The notes beneath the pieces were generated by a model that ran no database searches, was not told the DNA's origin, and worked only from the letters and a program-made list of their open reading frames with translations. A DNA stretch of 64,000 bases from assembly GCF_001194135.2 (NCBI RefSeq), contig NC_068981.1, positions 156,776,935 to 156,840,934 on the forward strand, written 5' to 3'. A program made the position numbers and the translations under genes. Shown piece by piece: positions 49,481-63,190 of the stretch; within the stretch, counting starts at the first letter, position 1, and every line of letters starts with the position of its first letter. Origin of the DNA: Octopus bimaculoides (Eukaryota).

Positions 49481-50569
49481 ATACAAGGAATGATACCGCT
49501 GTATCTTAAAAGAGAAGGAGGAAGGGCAAACTGTGTTGGTTAATAAATATGACGGGTAGTTTTCTCTTCAGCTCTCTCTCTCTGTTAGTAATTGTGCTAT
49601 AATAGTAAGGAAATTGCACGTTGCTATGCTATCGATAGTTGCGACTCCTATTTTAAAGCTATTTGACTTCAACTATGTAAACCATGATTGTCACAACGTC
49701 TTATTTACCATCTTAAAATATCGGATGTCACACCGAGGGACAAGCTTTAATACTTTAATGACTTATTGTTCTAAGCTCAAATGCCACTGGGAACAACTTT
49801 ACTTTTTATCCCTTCAAGCTCCCAAACTGACGATGCTATTCTGTTACACATGTAATGCCTTATGCCAGTGTGTTATGTCTTCATTGGTGTTCATTTTTTT
49901 GTTCTTGTTTTTGTTGTTTATTTGTTGTTAAGATTCTTTCCAGTATATTCATCAAAAGTAATTTTGATTAGTTTTACACTAACTAAAACTCTCTTTATTT
50001 TACTTTGATTTTATCTATTAAGATTATTTGTGTCTTTCCCTTTATTTTCTGCTGCTATTTGCCCTGAAAGCAAAGCATAGGAGTTATTTCCTCTTCCTTA
50101 ATAAAATTAAGCATTGGTTTCTGTGGAAAACCTCTTCGGGAAGAGGTATTTCTTAATTTTTTCATCCACCAAACATTATCAGACATGTAACTTAAACAAA
50201 ATGGACATCCACTGTATGGATGTCAATTTAATTTAATTGAGTTATAACTCAATCAAATTGGAATTTTCTTACAAAGTGAGAAATTTTTGTTAAGAACTTT
50301 TTACATGCATCATTCTGTACAATACTTCTTAACTTATCTAAATTCAAGTCATTCGACCATTTTAATTATTTGCCATATTCATTTAATTTTTTAAACTCTA
50401 AAACATGAACCTAATCGCTTTTCTTGTATTGTAGAGATTAATAAACATGAGTGTCTTCTAACAGTGCACAACAGTTGGCCTGGGGCTTTGGGAATTAAAT
50501 GCATTGGTGGTAAAAGTGCATAGGTCATAGATACAGCACAACGCTGGTCACAGTATACGACCTGCTTAC

Positions 50570-50656
50570 CCTCCTTTCGAGGCGTTTCTTTTTTCTAGTA
50601 TATTGACTTCGTCATCAGAAACTGACAAAGAGAAACGCTTGTCAGTTCTGTCTGTC
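50570..50656 (-). other. Candidate 87-nt upstream (5'UTR) exon of the ANGPTL-like gene
   Basis: On the minus strand, a long pyrimidine tract is followed by CTTCTTCAG|G, and the segment ends at GG|GTAAGC. Same strand as the gene and ~2 kb upstream of the ATG. No transcript evidence. Confidence 0.3.
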
Positions 50657-50757
50657 CTGAAGAAGTGATTAATATTTAGAAAAAAGAAAGAAAAGAGAGG
50701 AATAGAGAGAGAAAGGGAAAATTTTATGTACATACATACATACATACATACATACAT

Positions 50758-50821
<64 letters not shown>

Positions 50822-51657
50822 NNNNNNNNNNNNNNNNNNNNNNNNNNNNNNNNNNNNNNNNNNNNNNNNNNNNNNNNNNNNNNNNNNNNNNNNNNNNNNN
50901 NNNNNNNNNNNNNNNNNNNNNNNNNNNNNNNNNNNNNNNNNNNNNNNNNNNNNNNNNNNNNNNNNNNNNNNNNNNNNNNNNNNNNNNNNNNNNNNNNNNN
51001 NNNNNNNNNNNNNNNNNNNNNNNNNNNNNNNNNNNNNNNNNNNNNNNNNNNNNNNNNNNNNNNNNNNNNNNNNNNNNNNNNNNNNNNNNNNNNNNNNNNN
51101 NNNNNNNNNNNNNNNNNNNNNNNNNNNNNNNNNNNNNNNNNNNNNNNNNNNNNNNNNNNNNNNNNNNNNNNNNNNNNNNNNNNNNNNNNNNNNNNNNNNN
51201 NNNNNNNNNNNNNNNNNNNNNNNNNNNNNNNNNNNNNNNNNNNNNNNNNNNNNNNNNNNNNNNNNNNNNNNNNNNNNNNNNNNNNNNNNNNNNNNNNNNN
51301 NNNNNNNNNNNNNNNNNNNNNNNNNNNNNNNNNNNNNNNNNNNNNNNNNNNNNNNNNNNNNNNNNNNNNNNNNNNNNNNNNNNNNNNNNNNNNNNNNNNN
51401 NNNNNNNNNNNNNNNNNNNNNNNNNNNNNNNNNNNNNNNNNNNNNNNNNNNNNNNNNNNNNNNNNNNNNNNNNNNNNNNNNNNNNNNNNNNNNNNNNNNN
51501 NNNNNNNNNNNNNNNNNNNNNNNNNNNNNNNNNNNNNNNNNNNNNNNNNNNNNNNNNNNNNNNNNNNNNNNNNNNNNNNNNNNNNNNNNNNNNNNNNNNN
51601 NNNNNNNNNNNNNNNNNNNNNNNNNNNNNNNNNNNNNNNNNNNNNNNNNNNNNNNNN

Positions 51658-51976
51658 GTGAAATTAACGTGCAAGTGACTGAGCACTCCACAGATACGTG
51701 TACCGTTAACGTAGTTCTCGGGGATATTCAACGTGACACAGTGTGACAAGGCTGACCCTTTGAATTACAGGCACAACAGAAACAGGAAGAAAGAGTGAGA
51801 GAAAGTTGTGGTGAAAGAGTACAACCGGGTTCGCAACCATCCCCTGCCGGAACCTCATGGAGCATTAGGTGTTTTCGCTCAATAAACACTCATAACGCCC
51901 CGTCTGGGAATTGAAACCGCGACCCTATGACCGCGAATCCGCTGCCCTAACCACTGGGCCATTGCGCCTCCACAGG
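51658..51976 (-). mobile_element. SINE family C copy, 3' end lost in the gap
   Basis: Reverse complement aligns along its length with 16553-16865. Confidence 0.85.
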
Positions 51977-52216
51977 TCGCCGACAATGGACTTGGACTAA
52001 TAAGCATTTAGATCAATACAATATGCACTTGTCTATATCACATCTATGGTAAATCCACGTTGAGAAAAACATGAACACCACGCAATCTCGATCATTCAAC
52101 ACCACTATATAAAACTTATATATCACGAGTTATCGAAGCAGTCTCCATACTCTCCATGCCAAACTTACAGCCAAGTTTCCTTCGAATTTTACCCAACCGT
52201 CTCAAAATTGGATGAA

Positions 52217-52782
52217 TACAAAGTCTTATCAAAAAGTATCGGGACTGGTGCTATAAAAAGAAACTACAACACATATCAATTCGGCATTTAATATCTTTCG
52301 AAGGGGTCCCCTTCTGAAGCTACACACTTTATCCAGTGTCGTTTCCATTGATGGAAGCATTCCTGGAACTGCCTTTTTGAGGATAACGAGCCGCTGCCTC
52401 GTCGCGTTCTCTTGGATTCCATCTATGTCTTCAAATCTTCCTTTCAAGAGGGATTTGATTTTGGGAAAAAATCTTGACCATAATAACCTTCAATCCGTGT
52501 CTCTTTTCACGCACGCACTCAAACTCACACACACGCGCGCACGCATTCGCACGCACACTTACTTTCTTCGCCGTGATCACTGATGGAAACTCTGTGATGT
52601 AATGAGACGACTGCACTCGACGCACTTTACATCCAAGCACTGCTATAAACAATGAAATGAGGGAGAATTTTATAACTTTGTGTCCATACGCGACAGAGTT
52701 CAATCTGTGCCAAGCAGCTTCACTGCGTACTTTAGCTCCGTTACCATAGCCACAGTCCCGATACTTTTTGTCAGACTTCGTA
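52217..52782 (-). mobile_element. Internally deleted mariner derivative (MITE-like) with both TIRs
   Basis: Left end TACAAAGTCTTATCAAAAAGTATCGGGACTG is the inverse of right end CAGTCCCGATACTTTTTGTCAGACTTCGTA, with TA termini. The interior keeps the transposase C-terminus (KGRFEDIDGIQENATRQ). Confidence 0.85.
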
Positions 52783-53512
52783 TATCGAATAAATCAATCT
52801 TGAATGTAATATGCCAGAAAAAAAGATTGAGATGATCACAATTAAAATGGCGGTTGGACGATGGTTCGTCACAGAGAAATATAACTTTCATACATCAGTG
52901 TCATCAGAATACAGCAGAAGTCTCAGCATGAAACAAGTTCTAAAACTCTCATAAGAACTGCAACTGCCGTGCTCTCTCCGAGTACATCTTGTTTGCATTC
53001 GCTGTGGCCACCACCAGAATCTAAAGATGTACAGAAATGGACAGCATAGAAGAGAGACTGCAACACATCCACACTGTCGCTGCAATTCATAAGTGCATTT
53101 CGAAATGACATTATAGTGCTCAATGAGATAGAGATTTGATTAATTATAAAAACAGATTTGCAGTGCCGTGTCTAATCGTCTAATCGTCTAATAATCTTAA
53201 CGTTCAGTTTATTACCTGCGTACCATAGATTTCTTAAACAATATGTCCCCACTGTCACACTGCAGGGTCATATGATTCATCAGTTCATTTTGGATTGTAC
53301 AGTATGATCTTCAGTTAGCCAGAAGCAAGCATAGTGTGACTGAGACACGTTCTAAATGTTCCCTCTACTAACTACATATCATAGATCAAAGTTGACAACA
53401 TAAAATCTTACAAAGTGATGTAGTGTGACTCCTTTTTGTTCTCAGACAACCCATCTTACACACCTAATTTACATAATCGTTGTCACACCCTCTATTCATT
53501 TTCATTATTTGG

Positions 53513-53930
53513 AGCTTGAAAGTGGCAAGCTGCCAGGGTCGTTAGCACGCCGAGCAAAATGCTTAGCATCATTTGGTCTATTTTTACGTTCTGAGTTCTC
53601 ATTCCACCGAACCAACTTTGCCTCTAATCCTTTTGAGGTTGATAAAATAGGTACCAGTTAAGTACTGGTGTCGATGTAATCAGTTTACCCCTCCATCTAA
53701 ATTGCTGGCTTTGTGCCAAAATTTGAAACTAATATTACTAGGTACTTTGAGACGGCGAGCTAGTAGGATCGTTACTGCGCCGGACAAAATGCTTATCGGC
53801 ATTTCATTTGACTTTACGTTCTGAGTTCAAATTCCACGGGCGTCGACTTGGCCTTTTATCCTTTTAGGGTCGAGGAAGTAAGTAGTAGTTCTGCATTAGG
53901 ATCAGCTGGCCTTGTACCAAAACTTGAAAC
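53513..53930 (+). mobile_element. Tandem pair of family A SINEs (a third, diverged copy lies at ~54215-54395)
   Basis: Copies at 53513-53722 and 53748-53930. Confidence 0.75.
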
Positions 53931-54767
53931 CCGTGTTACTAGGTCCTTTGAAAGTGGCGTGAAAGTCCCTCCCAAAATATTCACACAACATTTTTTCTTT
54001 TTAGCTTTCACCAAAGAGAGAGAAAATTATTTAATCAGATATATCATAGATATAATAATTCAGTGACAGAGCGCCTTAGGGTAAAAGCAAAGCATATGGC
54101 GAACCTGTCTGAATTCTTATTTGTAACCATTTCACTTTAATTACTCTTCAGAACTTTTTCTTCTCTACAAATTAAAAGGCTTGTGCTTAGCGACCATTAT
54201 ATTACATCAAGAAATCCACTGAGGTGTCGGGAACGATAAATCGTTAGGTTTAAACGCCAGCAAAATTAATTACGTTCTAAGTTCAAATCACGCCGGTTCG
54301 ACTTCGCCCTTCATCACCTTGGGTGGTCGGTAAAATACGTACCGAACATATATTTGGGTCGATTCCATCGCCGATAAACTTCCCCTATTAATTAGTACCA
54401 AACTAAGGAATTCTTATTTTATATCAATTAAAAAGTTTTATTTCAGCACCAAATCTTATATATATACATATNNNNNNNNNNNNNNNNNNNNNNNNNNNNN
54501 NNNNNNNNNNNNNNNNNNNNNNNNNNNNNNNNNNNNNNNNNNNNNNNNTATATATATATAATTCTGTCTGCCTGTCTTTCTTTTCCATCTGCTTGTTTAT
54601 TTTATTTTATTTTACTTTATTTTACGTCATTTACTGCCATATTTTTCTTTCCTCTTTCATCTGTAAACATTTTAATAATGTCAGCCAACTGCCAACAGGT
54701 CTTGTCAGTGACAACGCCTTCTTCACTACATGTATTTGCGTCTACATGTGTATGCGAAAGTGGGGGA

Positions 54768-54816
<49 letters not shown>

Positions 54817-55309
54817 CGATCGCGTGTTTGTATAAGTTGTAGTTTATTAGCATCCATCTTTTTGTTGATACAAAAATGTAAATTTATATCGCAGAAAGTA
54901 GTTAAAAAAAATCAACAGTATTTTGTTATAACCAATGGGATGGTATGTAACAAGTATTACCTTGTACGAGATACATTGAGTATTTATTTATAACCAATGA
55001 GATAACATGAAAGTTATTTTCTCACTACCCTCTCGCTTGCTCTTTCTGTCTCTCCCTCCCCTTCTCCTTCTTCCTGTTACACACAGATATACACGTAGAC
55101 ACGCAGACACACACGCGCGCGCGCACAGTTCTGGTATTTCAGTTTAACCAATCGGAATCTAAGCAACAATCGTTTTCTGATTGTCAGCTGGATTTGAGAT
55201 TAGCATTCCAAATACGAAGATAAACATTCATAGTCAAAATTATAAACTGTCATAAGTTTGCATGTATTAAAGTCCTTATATGCAAATGTATGTTTATTGC
55301 ATGCAAGCT

Positions 55310-55599
55310 CACATACATACGCACGTACATACATACATACATACATACATACATACATACATACATAACACATATATATAGCATACATATATGCATACAT
55401 TCATACATATATTTAGGCCCATATATGCAAACGCATGCACATTACATGCATGCACACATACATACATACAGACAGACAGACAAACATACCTATATACCTA
55501 CATACATACATGCATGCATCCATAAATACATATATTAAGGCCCATATATGCAAATGTATGTTTATTACATGCATACATACATAACATAACATACATGTA

Positions 55600-55631
<32 letters not shown>

Positions 55632-55790
55632 CACATACATAACATACATACATGCATGCATGCATATATACATATATTAAAGCCCATGTCTGCAAATACA
55701 TGTTTATTACATGTATGAATACATACATGCATACATACATACATACATACATACAAAAATACATACATGCATACATACATACATACATAA
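55310..55790. repeat. Compound (TACA)n low-complexity tract with internal higher-order duplication
   Basis: The motif TATATT(T/A)A(G/A)GCCCAT(A)T(A)TGCAAA..ATG recurs at ~55410, 55532 and 55675. Confidence 0.85.
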
Positions 55791-55957
55791 GCGTGACAGT
55801 GTTGTAAGAAGTTTGCTTCCCAGTTTCATGGCTCTGAGCTTATTCGACGCACTGCATGGTACCTTGGACAAGTGTTTTCTACTATTGGTCCAGACTGACC
55901 AAAGCCTTGTGGATGGATTTGGTAGACGGAAACTGAAAGAAGCCCATCACGTAGATA

Positions 55958-55995
<38 letters not shown>

Positions 55996-56615
55996 TGTGT
56001 GCGTGTGTGTGTGTGTGTGTGTGTGCGTGTGTGCGTGTGTGCATGCGTGCGTGCGTGTGTGTGTNNNNNNNNNNNNNNNNNNNNNNNNNNNNNNNNNNNN
56101 NNNNNNNNNNNNNNNNNNNNNNNNNNNNNNNNNNNNNNNNNNNNNNNNNNNNNNNNNNNNNNNNNNNNNNNNNNNNNNNNNNNNNNNNNNNNNNNNNNNN
56201 NNNNNNNNNNNNNNNNNNNNNNNNNNNNNNNNNNNNNNNNNNNNNNNNNNNNNNNNNNNNNNNNNNNNNNNNNNNNNNNNNNNNNNNNNNNNNNNNNNNN
56301 NNNNNNNNNNNNNNNNNNNNNNNNNNNNNNNNNNNNNNNNNNNNNNNNNNNNNNNNNNNNNNNNNNNNNNNNNNNNNNNNNNNNNNNNNNNNNNNNNNNN
56401 NNNNNNNNNNNNNNNNNNNNNNNNNNNNNNNNNNNNNNNNNNNNNNNNNNNNNNNNNNNNNNNNNNNNNNNNNNNNNNNNNNNNNNNNNNNNNNNNNNNN
56501 NNNNNNNNNNNNNNNNNNNNNNNNNNNNNNNNNNNNNNNNNNNNNNNNNNNNNNNNNNNNNNNNNNNNNNNNNNNNNNNNNNNNNNNNNNNNNNNNNNNN
56601 NNNNNNNNNNNNNNN

Positions 56616-56657
<42 letters not shown>

Positions 56658-57332
56658 GTACAGTCAGGTATATATCAACGAAAATGAGCTCAGATAAATA
56701 ACATAGAGTGACAAGTTGCATGTATATAAACAATAAGCATAAATAAAAGTATATCAAGTCCCATACAAGATAAATTCATGGTTTATTGAAATTATCTTCT
56801 CTTCGATAAAATAGTGCCTTGTTAAGAGTCAAAAGACTGCAGTGAACTTATGTTTGTGCCTCCACAGGTACCATTACTACAGCAGTTGTCCTACTTTGAA
56901 TCTAACAGACGAGAGATTAATATCTCTTTAGTTGAACAACAACGAGAGATTAAATATCTCCTTAGTACTACATCCATGTCTATCTAATCCACATATGCAC
57001 TCTGTGGGGTACTTATATGTTGTTATCGAGTATATATGAAGTTAATTCATTTTGTACACCACCCAATGAGAGATATTGTTCTGGACGCAACATTCTCAAG
57101 CAGTTACATGTTAAAAGGTTACATCACGCATATTTCTTTTACATCGATGATCAGAATTTTCCTGTTTACCGTTTCTTTTTTAAACTGGTGTAACCCCCTC
57201 AGCCAAAAACAATTACATACTAAAATAATAAAGAAAGCATTCATAGCCTTCAGGTAAGTTGGATAATCTAAACGAAAATAGGCCCAGAGAAATAACTCGG
57301 AGTAGCCAGAGGCATGAATATAATAATCCCTT

Positions 57333-57510
57333 CTGTAATAGGCACAAAACCTGAAATTTGAGGAGAAGGGGCGAATCGATTACATAGACCCCAGTGCTTA
57401 ACTGGTATTTATTTTATCAACTCCGAAAGGGATGAAAGGCAAAGCCAATATCAGCGTAATTTGAACTCAGAACTTAAAGACCGAAAGTAATGCCGTTAAA
57501 CATTTTGTCC
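57333..57510 (-). mobile_element. SINE family A copy
   Basis: Reverse complement of the family A body and tail. Confidence 0.75.
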
Positions 57511-57789
57511 AGCAATTGCCACAAGGATTTCTTTATTCTTCTCTCGAAACGAAGAATTTATCTTGAATGGCATTTATTATATTTTCATCCAAGTTAATAA
57601 CACACACACACACACACACACACTAAGAGTTGGTCTATATTTGGCATCAGTCATAACTTTAATACGTCGAGGAATTGACTCGTACAGGCTCTGAACGGTT
57701 TCTAAGGGAATTTGGGGCTATTCTTCAAATAAAAGCTACCTTACTTCTTCAAACGACGATGGCAGAAGGAAACGGCTCGTCATTTACTG

Positions 57790-58460
57790 TTTCAAAATGC
57801 ATCATAAATGCTCGATTACATTGAAATCCAGTCATTGTGAGGACCAATCCAAGTGGTCTATTCCCTTTTGTGCCCTTCGTACCAATTTTTGAATAGCACT
57901 AGCTGTGTGAATCCTGCTAATTATCATCCACTGCGCATTATCTTCCTAGAAGATTGCACTTAGATCAGGGAACAATCTTTGTACCATAGGATGGACATGA
58001 TCATCTAAAAGACTCAGATAATCAATAGCGTTAACTTTGCCATGAAAAACAACTTAAAGGGCCAAGAAAATTCCACGATATGGTTGCCCAAATCATCGCA
58101 GACCCACCTCCATTTTTCACGATAGGAACCAAATAGTCAGGTCTGAAGGTTTCTTTTGAATGATCCCTAGACATAATCTTCCCCAGAAGCGAGGAAAAAG
58201 TGGTGAATGCTGATTCATCAGAAAAGATGACATTGTTGCATTGAACCATTGACCAGTTCTGATAATCTAGACACCAGTGTTTCTGTTTAGCAGTGCTGAT
58301 GGGAAACAGGAGAGGTTTAGCAATTGCAACTCTCCCACGGTATCTAGCTTTATGGAGCTCACAGCAAGCGGTTTTGGTTAACACAGCGTTAACATAGTAA
58401 TGGTTTAGCTCTGCTTGCAATTTTGCTGCCATAGTTCGATGGTTTTTAGACAAAATATGT
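57790..58460 (-). mobile_element. Tc1-like transposase remnant
   Basis: ELHKARYRGRVAIAKPLL, WC..W...NNVIFSDES and VKNGGGSAMIWATISW, followed by degenerate EDNA and DFNVIEHL. Confidence 0.85.
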
Positions 58461-58499
58461 TTCAGTATTCTGTGATCTCTGTGTGAGCTTTGCCTTCCA

Positions 58500-58557
58500 T
58501 CTACCTACCTACCAACCTACATATATACATGCATACATGCATACATATATACATACA

Positions 58558-58589
<32 letters not shown>

Positions 58590-58925
58590 AACATACAAAC
58601 AAACATACATACATACATACATACATATAAACATACAAACAAACATACATACATACATACATACATACATACATGCATACATACATACGTACATGATGAT
58701 GGCCGTCCACTCGTGACCGAGGAAGACCATTGCCAACCTTCAGGAACATTGTGCGCTCTAGGACTAACTTATATTTTGCATTTGCGGCTCCGTTGGTGGC
58801 TAATGAGCCCTGCTCTTGACAAGCATACATACGTACGTACATACATACATACATACATACATACATACATACATACATACATACATACATACATACATAC
58901 ATACATACATACATACGTATGTGTA
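58500..58925. repeat. (TACA)n microsatellite split by the RTE stub
   Basis: Seen directly. Confidence 0.9.
58693..58824 (-). mobile_element. 132-bp 5'-truncated RTE-like 3' end with target-site duplication, inside a (TACA)n tract
   Basis: The minus strand reads LSRAGLISHQRSRKCKI*, then a short 3'UTR and a (CAT)n tail. Flanked by ATACATACGTAC at 58681-58692 and 58825-58836. Confidence 0.7.
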
Positions 58926-59251
58926 TGTGTTAGTGTGCGACTATGCCTATGTGTTGGGAGATTTATATGAATATATAAATATGTATTACTGAATAATTTA
59001 TTAGATGTTACGACCAATTTTATTACTTCGCATAAGATTTTTACTCAACTTGTAGTATAATCTACTCAATTATAAGAATACTGGGTGCCTGGTAGTAAGA
59101 TTAGCCATGTAGCAAGAGTAGTACATCACACTACAAACCCAGCGTTTCAAGTGTTTGACGTCAAATGCTTTCAGGCTATCATTTTCTGCTTCAATGAACC
59201 TGAACATACTCTATTACTATAGTAGTGCCTTCTCAATATGTTTATGATTTT

Positions 59252-59464
59252 AAGGCGGCGAGCTTGCTGAAACGTTAGCACACCGGGCGAAATGCTTAGC
59301 GGTATTTCGTCTGTGTTTACGTTCTGAGTTCAAATCCCGCTGAGGTCGACTTTGGCTTTCATCTTTCGGGGTCGGTAAGTTAAGTACCAGTTGCGTACTG
59401 AGGTCGATCTAATCGACTGGGCTCCCTACAAATTTCAGGCTTTGTGCCTAGAGTAGAAAAGAAT
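59252..59464 (+). mobile_element. tRNA-like SINE family A, full copy (reference copy)
   Basis: GGCGGCGAGCTTGCTGAAACGTTAGC head, B-box GAGTTCAAATCCC, body GAGGTCGACTTT..TTTCATC..AAGTACCAGTT and tail GCCTAGAGTAGAAAAGAAT. About 20 related copies occur in the window. Confidence 0.85.
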
Positions 59465-61574
59465 ATATTTATGATTATTTTTTTTTATGAATGACTGCAT
59501 GTTTAAAGCTAATCCGATACTAGGAATATACCCATGATCCACAACACTTTAAATTTAAGAAAGTCGAATGACAATTTTAAACACCCAAATTTACTTCATT
59601 TTTATCGAATGCTATTAAGTAGACTTACTGTTCTCTTTTTCTATTTCGAAAGATTAAATTCGTCATACAATTATTGGGATTTATTTATTTTCTTCCGTAT
59701 TTATAAAATCAGTTGGGTGAGCTATTACTGTTTTTTATTGATATATCATAAAAACCGGAATGTTAACCATCACGTTAGGGGGTTTAAATAAGTAAGGGAT
59801 AGTTTATAATGCACTATTTTTGCCTAAAATTTATGCTGTTAAGCAAAGTTGCAGCGCGAATAACAAGTCTAAATTAATAGAATAACATTTTAAACATTAC
59901 ACTACAAAAACAAATTTACATTATGATAGGCTTGTGTAAGGCGTTGAACTGGCAGAATCATTAGCTCGCCGAACAAAATGCGACTTCTCGCTCGTAAAAA
60001 CTACTGGTGCAGTTTCAGAAATTTTCAACCATTGTATTAGGTTTGTGCATCAGGAGAAAATAGTTAGCTGGTGCATCTTCGTTGCTAAAGTAATCATACC
60101 ATATTTTAGCCAATTTGTGCAATATACCTTATAAGTTTTGCTTTTTTATGTTTTGTCTGAAGTTAAACGAGGAGGGGTCCACCATATGCGTATGGATCGG
60201 GGAAGCAGGAAAGCAACTGCCCTCTGAGGTTAGGACAAAAATAATGAGAATAATTCGAGCGAACCAAGAAGAAAAGATATTAGGCAAAGAAGACAAATTA
60301 GCAATGATATTAAAAATTAATTGCCTGCTAATGATTAGTTAAAATTATTGATAAACAATAAGTTTAAATTTGTCCTCATTCATCTTTTTCTGATTTCAGA
60401 TATAGAAGAATTAAACAAGTGTTCTTTCATTAAGTTAAACCTTTCTTGCATCTTAGTTTCCTTTTTATACATTAAAAACGTTTCCTGGGGTTTCCAATCT
60501 TTCTGCATTTAATCTCTTATGTAACAGTATTTGAATAACTTCTGAATATGGAAAGTCGAGAATGCTTTCTCCAAAATATATTTGTAGTAATGTCAATCAG
60601 TACTATGTGATTAGTTCCCCCAGTACATGTTCTGACCTTGACCGACAACGAATACAAATTATGTACAGCAAATCTCATTATGGAGAAAGACGCAAAGGAT
60701 TTCACGTCAACGCATCAAATGTGCAGAATGCGGCGAGCAAACAGACTCTGATTACAAAAGAAAATAAGTAGATATTGTCCATGCCAGCCAGACTGTGACT
60801 TTTACATTAGTGCGCGAACAGATACCGAGCTCCAGATAAAAAAGTGAACATTGGGCGCCAAAGAGTTCAGATAGGGAGAAAAGGACTGATAACACTGGGG
60901 AACATGGTTTTTGCTGTCTGATGTTGGAGACATATTTCCTAGTAATTTGTGGGTGCTGATTTCAAAAATGAAATCCATTTTGCTCTATCACGTCAAGATT
61001 TTTCACAAACTCAAATGTTCCTTTTTCAACATTTTCGGTATTGTCGCCATTTTTAAGGATAGGTTTGGCTTTATCAAATGTAGACCCATATATGGAGCTT
61101 GAAATAACTGTGAAAATATAGTTCCTCAATATCGTTTAAAATAAATGTAACTACAAAAATGAAAACAAAAGTCATGATTTAAGCATCTTCAGTAAATGAA
61201 AAACATCAAACTTTCACTATTTTCAATCTAACTAGTTTAAAATGTCATGACGATAGCAGAAATGTCCTTTATACAATTAGATAATAAACATCAAATTTCT
61301 GTTGTTCTTGACATCATACGTATCTCATACCTATGGAATTTGTCAGTTGATATGTCCACGCTATGCTTGATTTATTGAGACTATCATTGCAAACCAGATG
61401 AGATATACCTTATTGAACCTTTAACAATTTCTTATGAAAATTAGTATATTGAATGCGTATATCTATATGTTGTTGAATTCATCCCCTTTGTGCCCTGTTT
61501 ATTTGTTTACAAACGTTATAACTAGATGACTATGGGATTCATTATTATTTTATAATATTAGAAGAAATAACTCT

Positions 61575-61770
61575 TTCTATTATAGGCACGAGGCCTGGAA
61601 TTTTGTGGCGAGAGGCCTTGTCAAAATACATCGATTCCAATACTTCACTGGTACTTTATTTTATCGACCCAGAAAATTTGAAAGGCAAAGTCGACCTCGG
61701 CAGAATTCCTACTCAGAACTTCAAGTCGGACGAAATGCCACTAAGCATTTTGTCCAGCGTGCTAACAATT
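61575..61770 (-). mobile_element. SINE family A copy
   Basis: AAAGGCAAAGTCGACCTCGGCAGAATT..CTCAGAAC..GGACGAAATGCCACTAAGCATTTTGTCC. Confidence 0.8.
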
Positions 61771-62329
61771 TGAAAAAACACTGATTTGGGCTACAATATA
61801 AGAATATTTGTCGAATAATAGAGGTAACGTCATCCTTAGAAAGTCCTAAACTACAGAAACCTCTAGAATAACGCGTGGCAAAACTACGTAACATCACTTG
61901 CAACGTTCTTTTGGTTAACAAACTATTCTATCTGCAACGTCATGGTGAAGGTGCAGTAGCATAGCTCTGACTCAAGGAAGAAAATTGTCTGCCAGTAGAA
62001 AGGGAAAGGGTAAGGAGTGTACGAGAACAGAGTGGTGACATTTAGTAGAGATGACCCAGAAGTTGATCCTCTTCGATTGCAATCGCAAACAGCAGTAGCT
62101 TTCTTCAACTGCATACACGTCGCTGATTGGTTAAAATTAACCAAATACGACAACTTTAACACGAAATAACTTCTAAAATACAAAACTTTGTCCAAAATGT
62201 TCAAAGTAAACCGTGTTCTGCGTGAGAAATTACACCAGTATACGAAGTTTCAAACTGTTTAGTTAAAAACAAAATTAATTAAAAAATCTGTGAGCTAAAC
62301 TGAACAGATCCAGAATTTTCAGTATGGCT

Positions 62330-63190
62330 AGATCAACATAATCGTGAAGCATCGAGATAGTGGTCTGTTAGAGAACAAGAGTGGATGCAGCAGAAAGAGC
62401 GAATGTTAATCAAAGTGGTCAACATTGGTCCTATAATGCATCGATAAAAGCTAGTTTCACAGCTATCGGGGTTCATGCTTCAAAGTCAATGATTATTCGA
62501 ACTCTCAATAGATGTGGCTTGAAGATGTGCTTTCCCCAGAAGACGCCAGTTTTAAAGAAGAAACACTTAACTACTCATTTGAAGTTCGAAAGGTACTTTT
62601 TGAAGAAACCTGAACGATTTTGGCATTCTGTTTTGTGGTCTATCGAAGCCAAATTTGGGGTATTCGGTCACAAACGACAGAACTACCGCTTGGAGGAAAA
62701 GACGGGAAGCTTACAATCCATACAATCAAACACGGGGAAGGAAGCATAATGCTGTGAAGCTGTTTTTCTGCTAAAGGCATTGGAAAATTAATTCGAATTG
62801 GAGATACGATGAGAAAGGAAAATTATCTCGATGTTTTGAATGAAAACCTGAAGTCATTGAAACAACTGGGATTAGGTCACCTTTGGACCTTCATGCAGAG
62901 CAATGATCCCAAACATACCATACCTTTAATCCAAAATTGGTTGATAGGAAACAAAGTAGATGTACTCCCGTGGCCAGCTCAAAGTCCTGATTTAAACCCG
63001 ATAGAAAACTGATGGCGGGCGCTAAAGAAATGAGTGAAAGTAAGAAGGCTGTCTAATTTGAAGCAGCTAAAAGAATATGCGATTGAAGAGTGAGTTAAGA
63101 TCCCTTCTGATCTGCCCTAGGAGCTATTTGAAAACTACCCTCGCAATATGAATAAAGTTATTAAGCATAAAGGATACACTATTGATCGAA
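62330..63190 (+). mobile_element. Tc1-like transposase remnant
   Basis: FWHSVLWSIEAKFGVFG, HGEGSIML*SCFSAKGIG, FMQSNDPKHT, WPAQSPDLNPIEN and terminal KGYTID. Confidence 0.9.

Noticed and set aside
1960-56757. Long ORFs in the track made of X runs or of YI/HT/VC/MYVC/RE repeats
   Set aside because: They are read-through of N gaps and microsatellites, with no coding signal.
56869-57254. Plus-strand acceptor (CCTCCACAG|G) and donor (CAG|GTAAGT) pair
   Set aside because: The frame I translated from the acceptor hits a stop and resembles no family I recognise, and no partner exons were found.
60380-60770. Short ORFs, including RIKCAECGEQTD, as a piggyBac or zinc-finger remnant
   Set aside because: A single CxxC with no other supporting motif. 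A profile search would be needed.
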